From UHGV virus genome UHGV-0096894: DNA of 18,917 bases. One strand, 5' to 3'. Positions within the stretch are counted from its first letter, which is position 1; each line of letters starts with the position of its first letter. The notes below the pieces were generated by a model. It ran no database searches. It was not told the origin of the DNA and saw only the letters and a list, made by a program, of their open reading frames with translations. The position numbers and the translations under genes are program-made. This DNA comes from a virus. This document shows positions 18,718 through 18,917 of this stretch, one piece after another.

Positions 18718-18738
18718 GCCGCCTGTGCGGCTTTTTTT
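18718..18738 (+). terminator. Hairpin plus U-tract between D and E (terminator-like attenuator)
   Basis: Stem gccgc(18718-18722)/gcggc(18727-18731), loop ctgt, then a 7-T run, about 14 nt upstream of the E start codon. Confidence 0.4.
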
Positions 18739-18751
18739 ACGGGATTTTTTT

Positions 18752-18917
18752 ATGTCGATGTACACAACCGCCCAACTGCTGGCGGCAAATGAGCAGAAAT
18801 TTAAGTTTGATCCGCTGTTTCTGCGTCTCTTTTTCCGTGAGAGCTATCCCTTCACTACGGAGAAAGTCTATCTCTCACAAATTCCGGGACTGGTAAACAT
18901 GGCGCTGTACGTTTCGC
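18752..18917 (+). CDS. E: Major capsid protein gpE (lambda-type), 5' part only
   Basis: ATG at 18752; MSMYTTAQLLAANEQKFKFDPLFLRLFFRESYPFTTEKVYLSQIPGLVNMALYVS matches the lambda E N-terminus from memory. Runs off the window end. Confidence 0.9.
   Translation, partial: MSMYTTAQLLAANEQKFKFDPLFLRLFFRESYPFTTEKVYLSQIPGLVNMALYVS

Overview
This window reads as the right-hand (late) part of a mosaic lambdoid prophage in an E. coli-like enterobacterial genome, with a probable host or island boundary at the left edge. All calls rest on reading the sequence and the supplied ORF track, plus recollection of protein families and phage lambda; no searches or structure predictions were run. Left to right: a divergent LysR-family regulator (5' part only), a short hydrophobic ORF and a Hok-family type I toxin gene; an XRE-HTH regulator plus ImmA/IrrE-type HEXXH metallopeptidase pair with a small Cys-rich ORF; a nin-like block (two small ORFs, DUF968-like protein, RusA resolvase, Q-type antiterminator); a moron block downstream of Q (CPBP/Abi-type intramembrane protease, small winged-helix protein, orphan amino-DNA methyltransferase, phage-type tRNA-Thr and tRNA-Gly); about 1.2 kb of ORF-poor, terminator-dense DNA; a non-lambda lysis cassette (holin, small membrane protein, M15 peptidase endolysin, Rz with embedded Rz1); two further morons (DUF4406 protein, TonB-C-domain lipoprotein); two small minus-strand ORFs; the cos site; and a head-gene module collinear with phage lambda (Nu1, A, W, B, C/Nu3, D, start of E). 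No CRISPR array, insertion sequence, integrase or toxin cargo such as stx was seen. The best candidates for undescribed biology are the accessory modules: the HTH/peptidase switch next to hok, the CPBP protease transcribed from its own promoter just after Q, and the TonB-C lipoprotein and DUF4406 protein between Rz and cos.
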